The notes beneath the pieces were generated by a model. That model saw only the letters and a program-made list of their open reading frames with translations. It was not told where the DNA came from and searched no databases. The translations under genes and the position numbers were made by a program. Below are positions 19,482-29,265 of a stretch of DNA of 64,000 nucleotides, in pieces. This DNA is from a bacterium (GTDB lineage: Bacteria > Patescibacteriota > Patescibacteriia > UBA10025). Every line of letters starts with the position of its first letter. Positions within the stretch are counted from its first letter, which is position 1. The stretch spans positions 467,710-531,709 of the forward strand of contig JAKAGM010000001.1 in the NCBI GenBank assembly GCA_021815445.1, given 5' to 3'.

Positions 19482-20249
19482 TTACGAGGTAAATCTCTTC
19501 GCTATTTCTGCTGCGGTATCGAGTTCCGCGGGACAATATCGAGACGGGATAATGACTGAATCCGCTGGAGAGCTCCCCGGGACTTCTGCCGACGTAGCCA
19601 TGATGCACTCGTCGTTTTGGACATGATCGAGACCGAGCTGATGCCCAAACTCATGAAGAATGGTGGAAATAAGGTATGGCGTTTCATTGTTTGGCGCCTC
19701 CACCGATATCCCTTTGATCGTCTGGAAAAAAACCACCATTCCATCATCATTCACCGTCGATCCGATATTGGTCGGCTGGTCCGAATACGTATTCAAACAC
19801 AGCAGGTATGCGATTGCCGTATCTCCATGGGAGTGGACTTTCTCCATCTGTTGGGCAAGCTTCCTGATATCAATCTTTGAGTAGGATCCCTGCATGGCGG
19901 TAAAGGTGTTGTTTTGGACGAATTGGACGGCTTCACTCCTCCCGGTGATGCGCTGGATTTCAGATCCGACGATGGTCATAACATCCAGGGGCACCGCGCA
20001 ACCCTCATACCTGTCGACAATAATCCGCAGATGAGGGAATTTTTTTACATCAAAGTAGTCTGACTTTGCGTCACCGTCATATCTGAGATGAAAGATCCCC
20101 CTCAAGAAGGGCGACCGGGCGAACGTTTCCCGGTAATTGGCATTAAACCAGTTATCCTGCTGGGAGGAATTGGCGAAATACCTGACCACGCCAAAGGAAA
20201 ATATGGCAAGAATAAAAAGAACCAGAAAGAATGCAGCGAGTTTTTTCAT
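19482..20249 (-). CDS. membrane-anchored zinc metalloprotease (metzincin-like)
   Basis: HEFGHQLGLDH, CIM Met-turn, N-terminal TM. Confidence 0.85.
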   Translation of the reverse strand: MKKLAAFFLVLFILAIFSFGVVRYFANSSQQDNWFNANYRETFARSPFLRGIFHLRYDGDAKSDYFDVKKFPHLRIIVDRYEGCAVPLDVMTIVGSEIQRITGRSEAVQFVQNNTFTAMQGSYSKIDIRKLAQQMEKVHSHGDTAIAYLLCLNTYSDQPTNIGSTVNDDGMVVFFQTIKGISVEAPNNETPYLISTILHEFGHQLGLDHVQNDECIMATSAEVPGSSPADSVIIPSRYCPAELDTAAEIAKRFTS

Positions 20250-20575
20250 AGGTTAAAACCAGGCAACGTGCGGACATCGGTCCACTCATCTTGTCTGTCG
20301 TCCCAGCGATACGCTTTAACTCCGTCGACAAACTCAGATTCAGAATATTGATATTCGACTTTCGTTATCGAGCCGACTCTCCGGGAGCCGAGGCCGCGCT
20401 TGCCGACTACGCGCGGCTTTACCGTCCTTTCGAGTTTCATCTTCATTGACGGCGTGGCAAATACAATATACTCGATTGTGCCCGGACCGGGATCGAGGTC
20501 TTCATGTTCGTGTTCAATGACGTCAAAAGTGTCGGTAATCCTTCCTACGATTTCCTGCCATCGCTCCTCCGTCAT
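20246..20575 (-). CDS. conserved hypothetical protein
   Basis: 109-aa ORF overlapping the next gene's start. Confidence 0.7.
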   Translation of the reverse strand: MTEERWQEIVGRITDTFDVIEHEHEDLDPGPGTIEYIVFATPSMKMKLERTVKPRVVGKRGLGSRRVGSITKVEYQYSESEFVDGVKAYRWDDRQDEWTDVRTLPGFNL

Positions 20576-20697
20576 GTTGAGAATGGAATCTTAGAAATAA
20601 TCGTCGGAGACAGCCGTGCACGCCAGAACACGCCCATGATACCACTTTTTCACTCCATCTGCAACTGCCGACGGAAAAGCGGCGCGCGAATCAGGCG

Positions 20698-21762
20698 TTA
20701 TTTCAACGTTATGGTCGCGGCAGGAAGGTCGCGTACGGGGACCCGCAAAGGCGTCGGGACGTGGTCACGAAGCCCTAACGGGACAGAGCCCTCCAAAGCT
20801 TGGATCGGAAACGGCTCTGGGCCCGTAGGATCTTCGCCTTTTTGGTCAGGCTCGATAGTGATTGTTACTTTCGTTTTTCCATCAGCGAGATTCAGCGGAA
20901 ATGCGTCCTTAAACTCATCGGGGGGATTGCGTAAAAAGTCTTCCCCGGGGAACGCCGGTCCGGACTTCCCGCCGCTATACCCTGAAAAATTGTCTTTACC
21001 GGCGACGGAAGAGAACCTGCCGGCAGAGAGGGTCCTGCCATTGTTCGTCACCCATGCTTCATACGTCCAGCCGGCCGGCGCCTCAGGAAGCACGAGACTT
21101 GATCTAAGCGCCCCGCCGGGCAGGAAAAACCATACTCCGCTTTCTTCTTGAGCGACGGGATCATCTGTAGGTGTGGCGAGAATATATGACCCGCTGAGCT
21201 CATGGATATCTATATCCGTGAACGAGAGGATGGCTGTTTTGTTCTCAAATGTTCCGGAAAGCACGGCACTTGATGAGGGCAGATTGTCGAGATTGCTATC
21301 GGCTTCAATGGTGATAAATGCTTTCGTGATAGTCCGGCTCTGGTCGTACGAAAAGGGGAACGTGTTATTATCAATTTTCGCTCCGGTCAAGGTCACCAAT
21401 TCCCCGCTTTGTGTCGCGGTAAAGATTCCTGCACTGACAGATGTTACGCCGTCAGATACCCATAGCTGATAATGACCGCGGCTCAATAGAGGGAGGTGTA
21501 TGCCATCTACATGGACATTTCTGCCTTTTGTAGTATTTGTATTCTGTATAACAGGAGCCGGCAGTACCGTGCTTTTGCCTCCAAAAACTACCCATACGCT
21601 TACTGCGACAGTGACGATGCTGATGAAAAAAAACAAAGACCAAAAAAACTTCGGTGCGGGAGCGTAGGATAATGGGCGTCCGCCTTTCTGATCCGCATGC
21701 ACATGCTGTGGTACGGGTGAGGGAACTTTTTGAGATTTGATTGGATCATCCATAAAAACCAA
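20698..21762 (-). CDS. membrane-anchored protein with duplicated RskA-C-like (anti-sigma-K-like) beta domains
   Basis: TM, then two Y[QE].WV..S.G.F...ITIE units; FPGEDFL. Confidence 0.6.
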   Translation of the reverse strand: MVFMDDPIKSQKVPSPVPQHVHADQKGGRPLSYAPAPKFFWSLFFFISIVTVAVSVWVVFGGKSTVLPAPVIQNTNTTKGRNVHVDGIHLPLLSRGHYQLWVSDGVTSVSAGIFTATQSGELVTLTGAKIDNNTFPFSYDQSRTITKAFITIEADSNLDNLPSSSAVLSGTFENKTAILSFTDIDIHELSGSYILATPTDDPVAQEESGVWFFLPGGALRSSLVLPEAPAGWTYEAWVTNNGRTLSAGRFSSVAGKDNFSGYSGGKSGPAFPGEDFLRNPPDEFKDAFPLNLADGKTKVTITIEPDQKGEDPTGPEPFPIQALEGSVPLGLRDHVPTPLRVPVRDLPAATITLK

Positions 21763-22135
21763 GAAACCCTACGCCAAACAAGCTGACCACGCTAAGAAAA
21801 ACAAGGAGAAGAGCTAGCCCGCCTGTCGCTTGCCCCTTGCGAGCGATTGCAGCGTACCAGGCTGACAAAAAAATCGGGATAAGCAGCAGGGCGAAATAAT
21901 ACACCTCAAAGCGTCGTACTGCTGGACTAACAAATCCCAGACCTATGCTGACAATCCATTGGGCAATCAACAACGTGAGATATCGCTTGCGGTATGCTCC
22001 CAACTGATCTAAAGATACCAGATCGGGATCAAAGAGGACGCGCAGCAGCCAAACACCCTGCAAAAATGCCGCAAAAGCTAGGGCATAATACAGGACAAGA
22101 ACCGGGGCATGAAGATTGGAGGCCAGGGAGCTCAT
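21746..22135 (-). CDS. 4-TM membrane protein
   Basis: Hydrophobic profile. Confidence 0.65.
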   Translation of the reverse strand: MSSLASNLHAPVLVLYYALAFAAFLQGVWLLRVLFDPDLVSLDQLGAYRKRYLTLLIAQWIVSIGLGFVSPAVRRFEVYYFALLLIPIFLSAWYAAIARKGQATGGLALLLVFLSVVSLFGVGFLGFYG

Positions 22136-22196
22136 ATGTGGGTGTATGCGGAATTGCGGCTAGTGGTGGAAAAAGTATACTTCCAAAGCTTGAGAT

Positions 22197-22761
22197 TCAT
22201 TTTATCCCTTTTGTGACCTCGATGTCCACTGTATGCGGGGCAAATGAAGAGTACAGCCAAGTCCTCCGGATTTTCGCATAAACCCGCTCGAACCGGGTTC
22301 CAATGGATATAATTGAGTTTTTCTCCCAATTTTTCATCGGAGTAAATATTGAAATCGTAAAAAGATGGTTGCCAGATTTTGATTGCATCTCTTTTATACA
22401 GTATATCTTGGGTAGGCAAGGCTTTCATGCCTTGTCTCTTTCTCGACGGGGCATAAAAGCCCCGTCTACCCGACAAAAGATAATTTGAAATCCGCTTCGC
22501 AGAACGTCCTTTAATGTCGTGCATTATTTGCGATACTGTCAACTTTGGTTTTTCCTCTACATCCCGCCAAAGGATCATATGAAAATGATCCGGCATAATC
22601 ACGTATCCTAAAACGTTGAACCCTAATTTCTTTGCATAAAAACTAACATCGCCCAAAAGAATCCCACAACAAAACGGATCGTTAAACAACCTTCTGATCC
22701 GAAACGTTTTTGTGGTCACAAAATGAGCCTAGCTTTCCTCATTAAACCGTGACAAGCTCAT
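22197..22761 (-). pseudogene. REP-associated tyrosine transposase (RAYT, Y1/IS200-like), disrupted
   Basis: HFVT, YVIMPDHFH, IWQPSFYD, YIHWNPVRAGL, W.YSS; in-frame TAG at 22729-22731 and an extra base near 22260. Confidence 0.85.
22412..22469. repeat. inverted GTAG-type REP doublet inside the RAYT gene
   Basis: + strand GTAGGCAAGGC-TTTCAT-GCCTTGTC; - strand GTAGACGGGGC-TTTTAT-GCCCCGTC. Confidence 0.7.
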
Positions 22762-23309
22762 TTTTTCTCAAAAATGCTCGTAAAATCCCACAACGCCAAC
22801 AATGCATTCAAACGTTCGAGCCGAACCGACTTCCTTTTCACGCTCTCTGTGGCCAGCATCATTTTTGGACCCCGCCAATCCTGGAGAAGCTCGGTGAGGA
22901 GGAAGCGGCAGATGAACTCGACCAGCTCGCGTGCTGTCCCGATATAATGAACTTTTTTCGCTGCTACTTTGTCTAACGCCAAGCACAGTCGTTCGTCCTG
23001 CGTGTATATAGCCCACGAACGGTCAATCCCTTTTCGTAACGTCAACTTGTTCCCCCGGAGTATGAGGTTTGGCAAATGAAGCACTCCCTTCTTGAGCATA
23101 CGGACAATTGGCAAAATGAAGGTGCGCCACTTTTTCATTTTTGTTGAGACAATCAGAAGTTTGGTGAAACGGTCGACATCTTTTGTCGTCCCGATAACCT
23201 GCACTTTTGTTCTTTTTTGCACGACTCGAACGAGGGTTGCGAACATTTCTTGGTCGACCCTCTTGTAGAGTGGATACAACCATTCAGGAGGTGTGTTCCT
23301 ATTTCTCAT
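22758..23309 (-). CDS. basic hypothetical protein
   Basis: Start MRNRNTP overlaps the end of rarA. Confidence 0.6.
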   Translation of the reverse strand: MRNRNTPPEWLYPLYKRVDQEMFATLVRVVQKRTKVQVIGTTKDVDRFTKLLIVSTKMKKWRTFILPIVRMLKKGVLHLPNLILRGNKLTLRKGIDRSWAIYTQDERLCLALDKVAAKKVHYIGTARELVEFICRFLLTELLQDWRGPKMMLATESVKRKSVRLERLNALLALWDFTSIFEKK

Positions 23310-24585
23310 TTTGATCTTCTTTCGGCTTATAATACTTCTTCCCTTGTAATTTCTTCGGTAAATAGTCTTGTTTTCCGTCTTCAGGGGAATAGTCATGGGA
23401 ATATTTGTATCCCTCGCCATACTTCAAATCTTTCATCAGGTCAGTCACGGCGTTTCGTAAGTGCAGAGGTACGGGTTCATTCATGGAGTCTTTGACATCC
23501 TTTTTGGCTTCCAGCAAACCTTGGTAGGAGCTGTTGTCTTTCGGCGCATTCGCGAGATACACGACACCGTGCGCAAGGTTAATCTGGCATTCGGGATATC
23601 CGATCAAACGTACAGCGTTGAATACATCTATGGCCGTATGCAATGCTTGCGGGTCAGCCATCCCGACATCCTCTGAAGCGAACACCACCATCCTCCGGGC
23701 GATAAACTCGGGATCCTCCCCCGCTTCCACCATCCTGTTGAGCCAGTAGAGAGCCCCGTCAGGATTCGAACCGCGCATGGATTTGATGAACGCTGAAATG
23801 ACATTGTAATGTTCTTCGCCTTTTTTGTCGTACTGAAGCGCTTTATGCTGAAGCGCGTCTTCTACATCATGCAAACTGATGTGCTTCACCCCGGTTTTGT
23901 CTTTCTTTGTCGCTTTTGAGGCAATCTCAAGAGCGTTCAAGACTGTTCGCGCGTCACCGTTGGATGCCTCGAGGAGGAGATCCATCGCCTTCGCTGCAAT
24001 CTGGATTTTTTCCTTGCCCAAGCCGCGCTCTTTGTCTTTGAGGGCCTGCTTCACAATCTTTGAAAGTTCGGGGACGCTGAGCCGCTCAAGAACAAACACA
24101 CGCGAACGGGATAAAAGCGGTGCTATGACCTCGAACGAAGGATTCTCTGTCGTGGCACCGATGAGCGTGATAAGTCCGCTCTCCACCACGGGCAGGAACG
24201 CATCTTGCTGCGCTTTATTCCACCTATGGATTTCATCGACAAATAAAATAGTCCGTTCGTTGTGGAACGACCGCTGTTTCTCAGCTTCAACAATCACTTT
24301 GCGCAAATCGGCGATGCCGGATGTCACGGCTGACATCTGGACAAATTTTGACTTTGTTTGCTCGGCAACAATTCGTGCCAACGTAGTCTTCCCCGACCCC
24401 GGCGGCCCCCAAAAGATAATTGAGAAGAGCTCGTCGTTCTCTATGGCCCGCCTGAGCAGCATCCCGGGCCCGACAATCTTTTCCTGACCAAAGAACTCAT
24501 CGAAGGTACGGGAACGCATCCGGTCGGCGAGAGGCGCCTCGCGACGTAAAGACTGCTTCATTTTTTCCTGAAACAAATCAGCCAT
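23299..24585 (-). CDS. rarA: replication-associated recombination protein RarA/MgsA
   Basis: PLADRMR, GPPGSGKTT, FVDEIHR, GATTENPSF, ASEDVGMADP. Confidence 0.95.
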   Translation of the reverse strand: MADLFQEKMKQSLRREAPLADRMRSRTFDEFFGQEKIVGPGMLLRRAIENDELFSIIFWGPPGSGKTTLARIVAEQTKSKFVQMSAVTSGIADLRKVIVEAEKQRSFHNERTILFVDEIHRWNKAQQDAFLPVVESGLITLIGATTENPSFEVIAPLLSRSRVFVLERLSVPELSKIVKQALKDKERGLGKEKIQIAAKAMDLLLEASNGDARTVLNALEIASKATKKDKTGVKHISLHDVEDALQHKALQYDKKGEEHYNVISAFIKSMRGSNPDGALYWLNRMVEAGEDPEFIARRMVVFASEDVGMADPQALHTAIDVFNAVRLIGYPECQINLAHGVVYLANAPKDNSSYQGLLEAKKDVKDSMNEPVPLHLRNAVTDLMKDLKYGEGYKYSHDYSPEDGKQDYLPKKLQGKKYYKPKEDQNEK

Positions 24586-24699
24586 AGTATGTATGTATAG
24601 TGTACCACGTCAAAGATGGCAAAAAAAGACTTGACAAGGCCCCTCACAGTAAGATAAAGTCCTACCATAAAATCGCTCACAACCAACAAAGGAGAGGTC

Positions 24700-24975
24700 A
24701 TGCCGACACCGCTCGGTACCGTTACAGATCGATACAGGCGTATACACTGTGTCGCATTGAATCCCGAGGTCACGCTGATCCAAGGTGCTCGCGTCCGGTT
24801 CACATTCCCTGGCAGCATCCACCAGAAACCGGTGTCATTCGAGCAGGAGGCAAGCTCGATTGAAGTCTCCCGCCAGCAGGTCGAGCGCGTCGAGCCGGGA
24901 ACATCCTGTGGCCTCAAGATTGACGGCTCCGTCTGCCTCCCCCCGATCGGGACGGAGATCGTTCTTCTCGACTGA
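24700..24975 (+). CDS. small translation-factor-domain-II-like beta-barrel protein
   Basis: FEQ..SSIE....V...PG..CGLK; SD AAGGAG; TTGACA promoter at 24631. Confidence 0.6.
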   Translation: MPTPLGTVTDRYRRIHCVALNPEVTLIQGARVRFTFPGSIHQKPVSFEQEASSIEVSRQQVERVEPGTSCGLKIDGSVCLPPIGTEIVLLD

Positions 24976-25138
24976 CCCGCAGTTCACTTCGCCACTTTTC
25001 CACCGCGGCTCCACCATGGACGCCGCTTTTTTCTATCTCTTGACAAATCAACCCAAAAGACGTACTATGCAACGTCAACAAATACTTGAATAGATCGTTG
25101 TCAAGAAACTACAAACCCGGGAAGAAAGGGGTGATATT

Positions 25139-25477
25139 ATGTTCGGGCAATACGGTACAGGATTGCTCATCGCACTGGCTACTACCGCAGTGGTGGCAGT
25201 GCTGGTCGCGATGGGGAGAGCGCCGAATGATAAAGGCAGGTTTGCCCTCTTCATTGGGGCGCTTACATCAGTCCTCACAGGAGCTGTGCAGGTGATCCAA
25301 AAAGCCGAGCTACTGGACATGGAATGGATCTTTGCAGTCATGCTCGTATTGGCAGGAGCCATCATCCTACTGTACGCGTTCTTCGCACTGGCGAGGCGTG
25401 AGCACGAAGTTGCGGGCACATTCCTCGGCATCCTGAGCGCCCTCCTGATGTCACAGGCAGTGTCCGGGATGTTCTAA
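25139..25477 (+). CDS. 4-TM small membrane protein
   Basis: Hydrophobic ORF with its own TTGACA promoter, SD and terminator. Confidence 0.7.
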   Translation: MFGQYGTGLLIALATTAVVAVLVAMGRAPNDKGRFALFIGALTSVLTGAVQVIQKAELLDMEWIFAVMLVLAGAIILLYAFFALARREHEVAGTFLGILSALLMSQAVSGMF

Positions 25478-25547
25478 CCTGGACTTTCCTGGTTTGAAAA
25501 ACCGTCCGGGTCGCTGTCTCAGCGGCTCGGACGTCTTTTTTTATTCA

Positions 25548-26603
25548 TTAAACCTGTTTTGCAAGCTTATGGACAAGGCGCTTGAACTCTTTCTGAACCG
25601 GATCAGGAATATCCAGATTGTCGAGCAAAATTGATGCCCGTCTGAACGAGTTGGTAATATAGCGTCGTGCGCGTTCGTATCCGCCGCTTTCGACAATCAA
25701 CGCCTTTAATCGAACAAGGTCTCGGCCTGACTTCTTTCTTTTGCGTAGGAGTCTGAGCAGGGTGGCGCTGTGGCGCTTTGACTGCAGGGCAAATGAAATA
25801 AGCAGAGTAATCTTGCCCGACCTGATGTCAGATGACCTGCCGGCCAGCCCCCTGCTGAACACGTTTTGTACGTCGTCGGTAAGCTGAAAGGCTATCCCGG
25901 CGTCCCGGGCAAACGCATGGAACGCTTTTGTCGGTATCCGCGCCCGCCCCAGACGCACCCCGAGCAAAAACGGAGATTCGATGGTATAGACAGCTGTCTT
26001 GTGCTGATAGCGGAGAAACTGCTGGTCAATCGGAGGCACCTTTTCCGGGAGAGCAAGAATGTCGAGCACCTGGCCGATATAGGTCGTATGGAGCGTTCGC
26101 TCAATGTCCTCAAGCGCCGACATCTTTTGGGCCAGTGAAAAACCCGTACTCAGAACGCACCGTTGGACAAGGTCTGAGGCAATGTCCCCCGCAATGATGG
26201 CGATGTCACGCCCCACCTTCTCGCGGTCGGCCTTTGCCAGCCCTCTCGGGGCGTAGCTTTCAAAAACCTTATGGAGCGTCGGCCTGCCGCGGCGAACGAC
26301 GTCTTCATCGATAATATCATCGTGAATGAGCAGGTACGCATGGAGAACTTCATACGCCGCTGCAACCTTGAGAATATCCGCGGTGGCCCGGTTCCGAGGA
26401 TTGCTTAAAAAACCGAGCACGACAAGCGTTCCGCGTGTCCGCTTCGCACCCGGCCTGAGTGTATATTCCTTGATACTGCGCATTATACGGCGTCCGAACG
26501 CGTGGCGGGCTGACCCAGCTTCTGCATCAAAGAATGACCTCAGCGCGCCATTAATGCGCTTACGAAGATCGGCGGCTGAGCTGTGGGATGGAGGCGTATT
26601 CAT
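25548..26603 (-). CDS. polyprenyl diphosphate synthase (trans-IPPS)
   Basis: KRTR, HDDIIDED..RRG, GQVLD, KTA.Y, FQLTDD. Confidence 0.92.
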   Translation of the reverse strand: MNTPPSHSSAADLRKRINGALRSFFDAEAGSARHAFGRRIMRSIKEYTLRPGAKRTRGTLVVLGFLSNPRNRATADILKVAAAYEVLHAYLLIHDDIIDEDVVRRGRPTLHKVFESYAPRGLAKADREKVGRDIAIIAGDIASDLVQRCVLSTGFSLAQKMSALEDIERTLHTTYIGQVLDILALPEKVPPIDQQFLRYQHKTAVYTIESPFLLGVRLGRARIPTKAFHAFARDAGIAFQLTDDVQNVFSRGLAGRSSDIRSGKITLLISFALQSKRHSATLLRLLRKRKKSGRDLVRLKALIVESGGYERARRYITNSFRRASILLDNLDIPDPVQKEFKRLVHKLAKQV

Positions 26604-27304
26604 TATTTTCCAAATTTTCTCTTTCGGCCCGCGTAGTCGGCAAGCGCCATATCCAAATCCTTTTCTGAAAAATCAGGCCAGAGCGTGTCGCAGAAATACA
26701 GTTCGCTGTAGGTAGACTGCCAGGTCAGAAAGTTGGAAAGGCGTTGCTCCCCTGCCGTGCGAATAATGAAGTCGGGATCGGAAGTTCCCTTTGTGTACAA
26801 ATTTTGCGCAACAGTTTCCTCGGTAATCTCGTTGGGCTTGAGCTTTTGCGCAATCATTTCTTTAATTGCATGGATGATTTCTTCTCGCCCGCCGTAATTG
26901 AGTGCAAGCGTGACAATGCCCCGGTTGTTCTTCTTGGTTAATTCGACGGCTTGCCTGATTTTGCGCTGGAGCAGGCGCGAGAGCGTCTTGATCTGGCCTA
27001 TCACCTGCAGTTGGACTCCTTTTTCATTCAGGCGTTTAATATCCATCGTGAGAACCCATTTGAAAAACTCAAAAAGGTCCCGAACCTCCTCCTTAGAGCG
27101 TTTCCAATTCTCGGTAGAGAATGCATACAAGGTTATCTGGTTAATCCCTCTGTCAAAACACCAGCTTGAGACGCGATCCACTGTTTTATACCCTTCCCGA
27201 TGACCTTCAATGGCGGGAAGTCCGCGCGCTCGCGCCCAGCGGCGGTTACCGTCCATAATAAAACCTATGTGTTTTGGGAGCGATGCGGTGTTTGCGTCTG
27301 ACAT
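26603..27304 (-). CDS. uppS: undecaprenyl diphosphate synthase
   Basis: HIGFIMDGNRRWA, FSTENWKR, NYGGR, RLSNFL. Confidence 0.95.
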   Translation of the reverse strand: MSDANTASLPKHIGFIMDGNRRWARARGLPAIEGHREGYKTVDRVSSWCFDRGINQITLYAFSTENWKRSKEEVRDLFEFFKWVLTMDIKRLNEKGVQLQVIGQIKTLSRLLQRKIRQAVELTKKNNRGIVTLALNYGGREEIIHAIKEMIAQKLKPNEITEETVAQNLYTKGTSDPDFIIRTAGEQRLSNFLTWQSTYSELYFCDTLWPDFSEKDLDMALADYAGRKRKFGK

Positions 27305-27415
27305 AGATACTACACATACTCTCTCAAAAAGGGGTGCTCGTCAAGGATTGATACAAAAGAGGCTTTACAAACGCTGTGGGGGAAGGTAGAATCTCATCAT
27401 TGTAAAGTCTTGTAA

Positions 27416-27488
27416 CGGGGTATGGCCCAATTGGTAGGGCGCTCGCTTCGGGTGCGAGAGGTTCCCGGTTCAAGTCCGGGTACCCCGA
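27416..27488 (+). tRNA. tRNA-Pro(CGG)
   Basis: CGGGGTA acceptor stem, anticodon loop TTCGGGT, GGTTCAAGTCC T-arm; CCA not encoded. Confidence 0.93.
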
Positions 27489-27612
27489 TAATTTACCACC
27501 TGCATATGTCGCGTTCAACTATTGACAACGCCACCATTTTGTGATAGATTTGCTTTTGGTCTCCGCACGTTGTCTAGCAGTTAAACCCCAAACCCTCACC
27601 TGGAGCAACCAC

Positions 27613-27886
27613 ATGCTCTTTTCCTCACACTCCCCCTAAAGTGACCCGTGACCGACTTCTGCTCACGAGACGATCGAAGTCCATTCGGAACTTTGGAGGG
27701 GTCATGTGCAACACCAAACTTGGTCAACACAGTTCACTCGAAGGGAGTTTCGAATTCCACCTGCGCGGCAAAGCGCCTTTCACGGGAAAGGTGACACGCG
27801 TTAAAGGCCAGACGGCCACAGTCAAGATGAATGACGGCTCGAAGATAACCGTCAACCTTTCCGCCTCCGCACGGCGTGCATCATAG
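27613..27886 (+). pseudogene. small basic protein gene apparently frameshifted at a C5 run
   Basis: TTGACA-17-TAGATT promoter, GGAG SD, ATG at 27613 stops after 8 codons; removing one C joins it to ORF 27641-27886. Confidence 0.45.
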
Positions 27887-28016
27887 CAACCCAAGCCGGT
27901 TGCCCACAGATTTTACCACCCGCCCCGCAATCTATCGCTGGGCGGTCTTTTTTTCCAATAAAAAAACTCCCGCCGCCCTGGACCGGTGGAGGGAGATATT
28001 CTTTTTGAACGAACAA

Positions 28017-28163
28017 CTACATTTTGGACCCCCGCCGCAAATTAACAACCTTCGGAGCGGGCTGTCTGCGACGTTTCTTTTTCTTCTTTTCCGCCAGTAA
28101 CTCGGCGGCGATACGATCCTCCGGCCCTGACCAGGTACGAGGAAGTCCCGGGTCCCCTCTCAT
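28017..28163 (-). CDS. 48-aa basic peptide downstream of purC
   Basis: SD GAAGGAG; MRGDPG...KKKKKRRR...GSKM; followed by a terminator hairpin. Confidence 0.55.
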   Translation of the reverse strand: MRGDPGLPRTWSGPEDRIAAELLAEKKKKKRRRQPAPKVVNLRRGSKM

Positions 28164-28189
28164 GTGATACTCCTTCTACGCCGCGTGTT

Positions 28190-29203
28190 TTACGCGGCAA
28201 TGTCGAGGTCGAACAACATCTTCGCCGCCTGGAGATACCGGGCGGTGGTTTGCTTCACAATGTCGGGTGGAAGCTCGGGAGCCGGCGGTTTTTTGTTCCA
28301 GCCGATCCTCTCGAGGTAATCGCGGACAGGCTGCTTGTCGAAACTCACTTGCGGCCTTCCCGGCTTGTACGTAGCCTTCTGCCAGAAGCGTGAAGAATCC
28401 GACGTCACCACCTCATCCAGGAGTGTGAGGACGGTCTGGCCATTATCGTCAACTGTCAACCCGAACTCGAACTTCGTGTCGGCGACGATGATTCCCCGCT
28501 CTTCGGAATATTCCTGGGCAGCGGTATAGAGACCGAGCGAGGTGGACTCTATATCCTCGGCAAGTTCCCGGGCCGAATATGCATACTCAGGATGATCGCC
28601 CAACCATTGCGTCAAAATGTCCAGCATCTGCTGGTAGTTGATATTCTCGTCGTGCGCGCCGGCGACCGCCTTCGTGGAAGGAGTGAAGATGGGCCGAGGC
28701 AACTTTTCCGACTCCAATAAATCACGCGGAAGGGAGAATCCATGCACTGTGACCAATTCATCCACTTGCGATGCGATTGCCTCCAGGTACTCCTTCCAGT
28801 AGGATCCGGAGATGAAACCTCGCACGATGCACTCAAGCGGCAGGACATCGCACTGTCTCACGATTGCCGTACGTCCCTCCAGCTCTGCGCGGAACGGATG
28901 GAACTCCTCAGGGAGGTCTCCCACCTCAGTAGAAAGGAGGTGGTGCTGGAATCGATGACCGCCCGCCAACAGACTTTCGAAGAAGAGATAGAACAGCGGC
29001 ATCCAGGCCATGGACATGGCATGGAGGGCCTTCCCCTTTCCCGGGATTGCGTTCGGGAAAACAACATCGAAGGCGGACATGCGGTCGGTAGTGACGATAG
29101 CCAATCGATTACCCGGCAGGTAGAAAGTGTCTCGAACCTTCCCCTGTGTGCGGCGAAATCGGTCGGAGAGACCGAAGTGATCGGTGTTGATGAGAACAGA
29201 CAT
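28190..29203 (-). CDS. purC: SAICAR synthetase
   Basis: GKVRD, DRMSAFD, ECIVRG, FTPSTK, DTKFEFG, DSSRFW; start MSVL with SD. Confidence 0.93.
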   Translation of the reverse strand: MSVLINTDHFGLSDRFRRTQGKVRDTFYLPGNRLAIVTTDRMSAFDVVFPNAIPGKGKALHAMSMAWMPLFYLFFESLLAGGHRFQHHLLSTEVGDLPEEFHPFRAELEGRTAIVRQCDVLPLECIVRGFISGSYWKEYLEAIASQVDELVTVHGFSLPRDLLESEKLPRPIFTPSTKAVAGAHDENINYQQMLDILTQWLGDHPEYAYSARELAEDIESTSLGLYTAAQEYSEERGIIVADTKFEFGLTVDDNGQTVLTLLDEVVTSDSSRFWQKATYKPGRPQVSFDKQPVRDYLERIGWNKKPPAPELPPDIVKQTTARYLQAAKMLFDLDIAA

Positions 29204-29265
29204 AATAGTCCTTTCTTTCGGATGAACTACAGGTTCGATGGGAGAGCTAGAGTAGATCAAGGTCA

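Noticed and set aside
22729-22731. Stop-codon reassignment (TAG readthrough)
   Set aside because: Many intact genes here end in TAG or TGA, and the same gene also has a frameshift, so a pseudogene is simpler.
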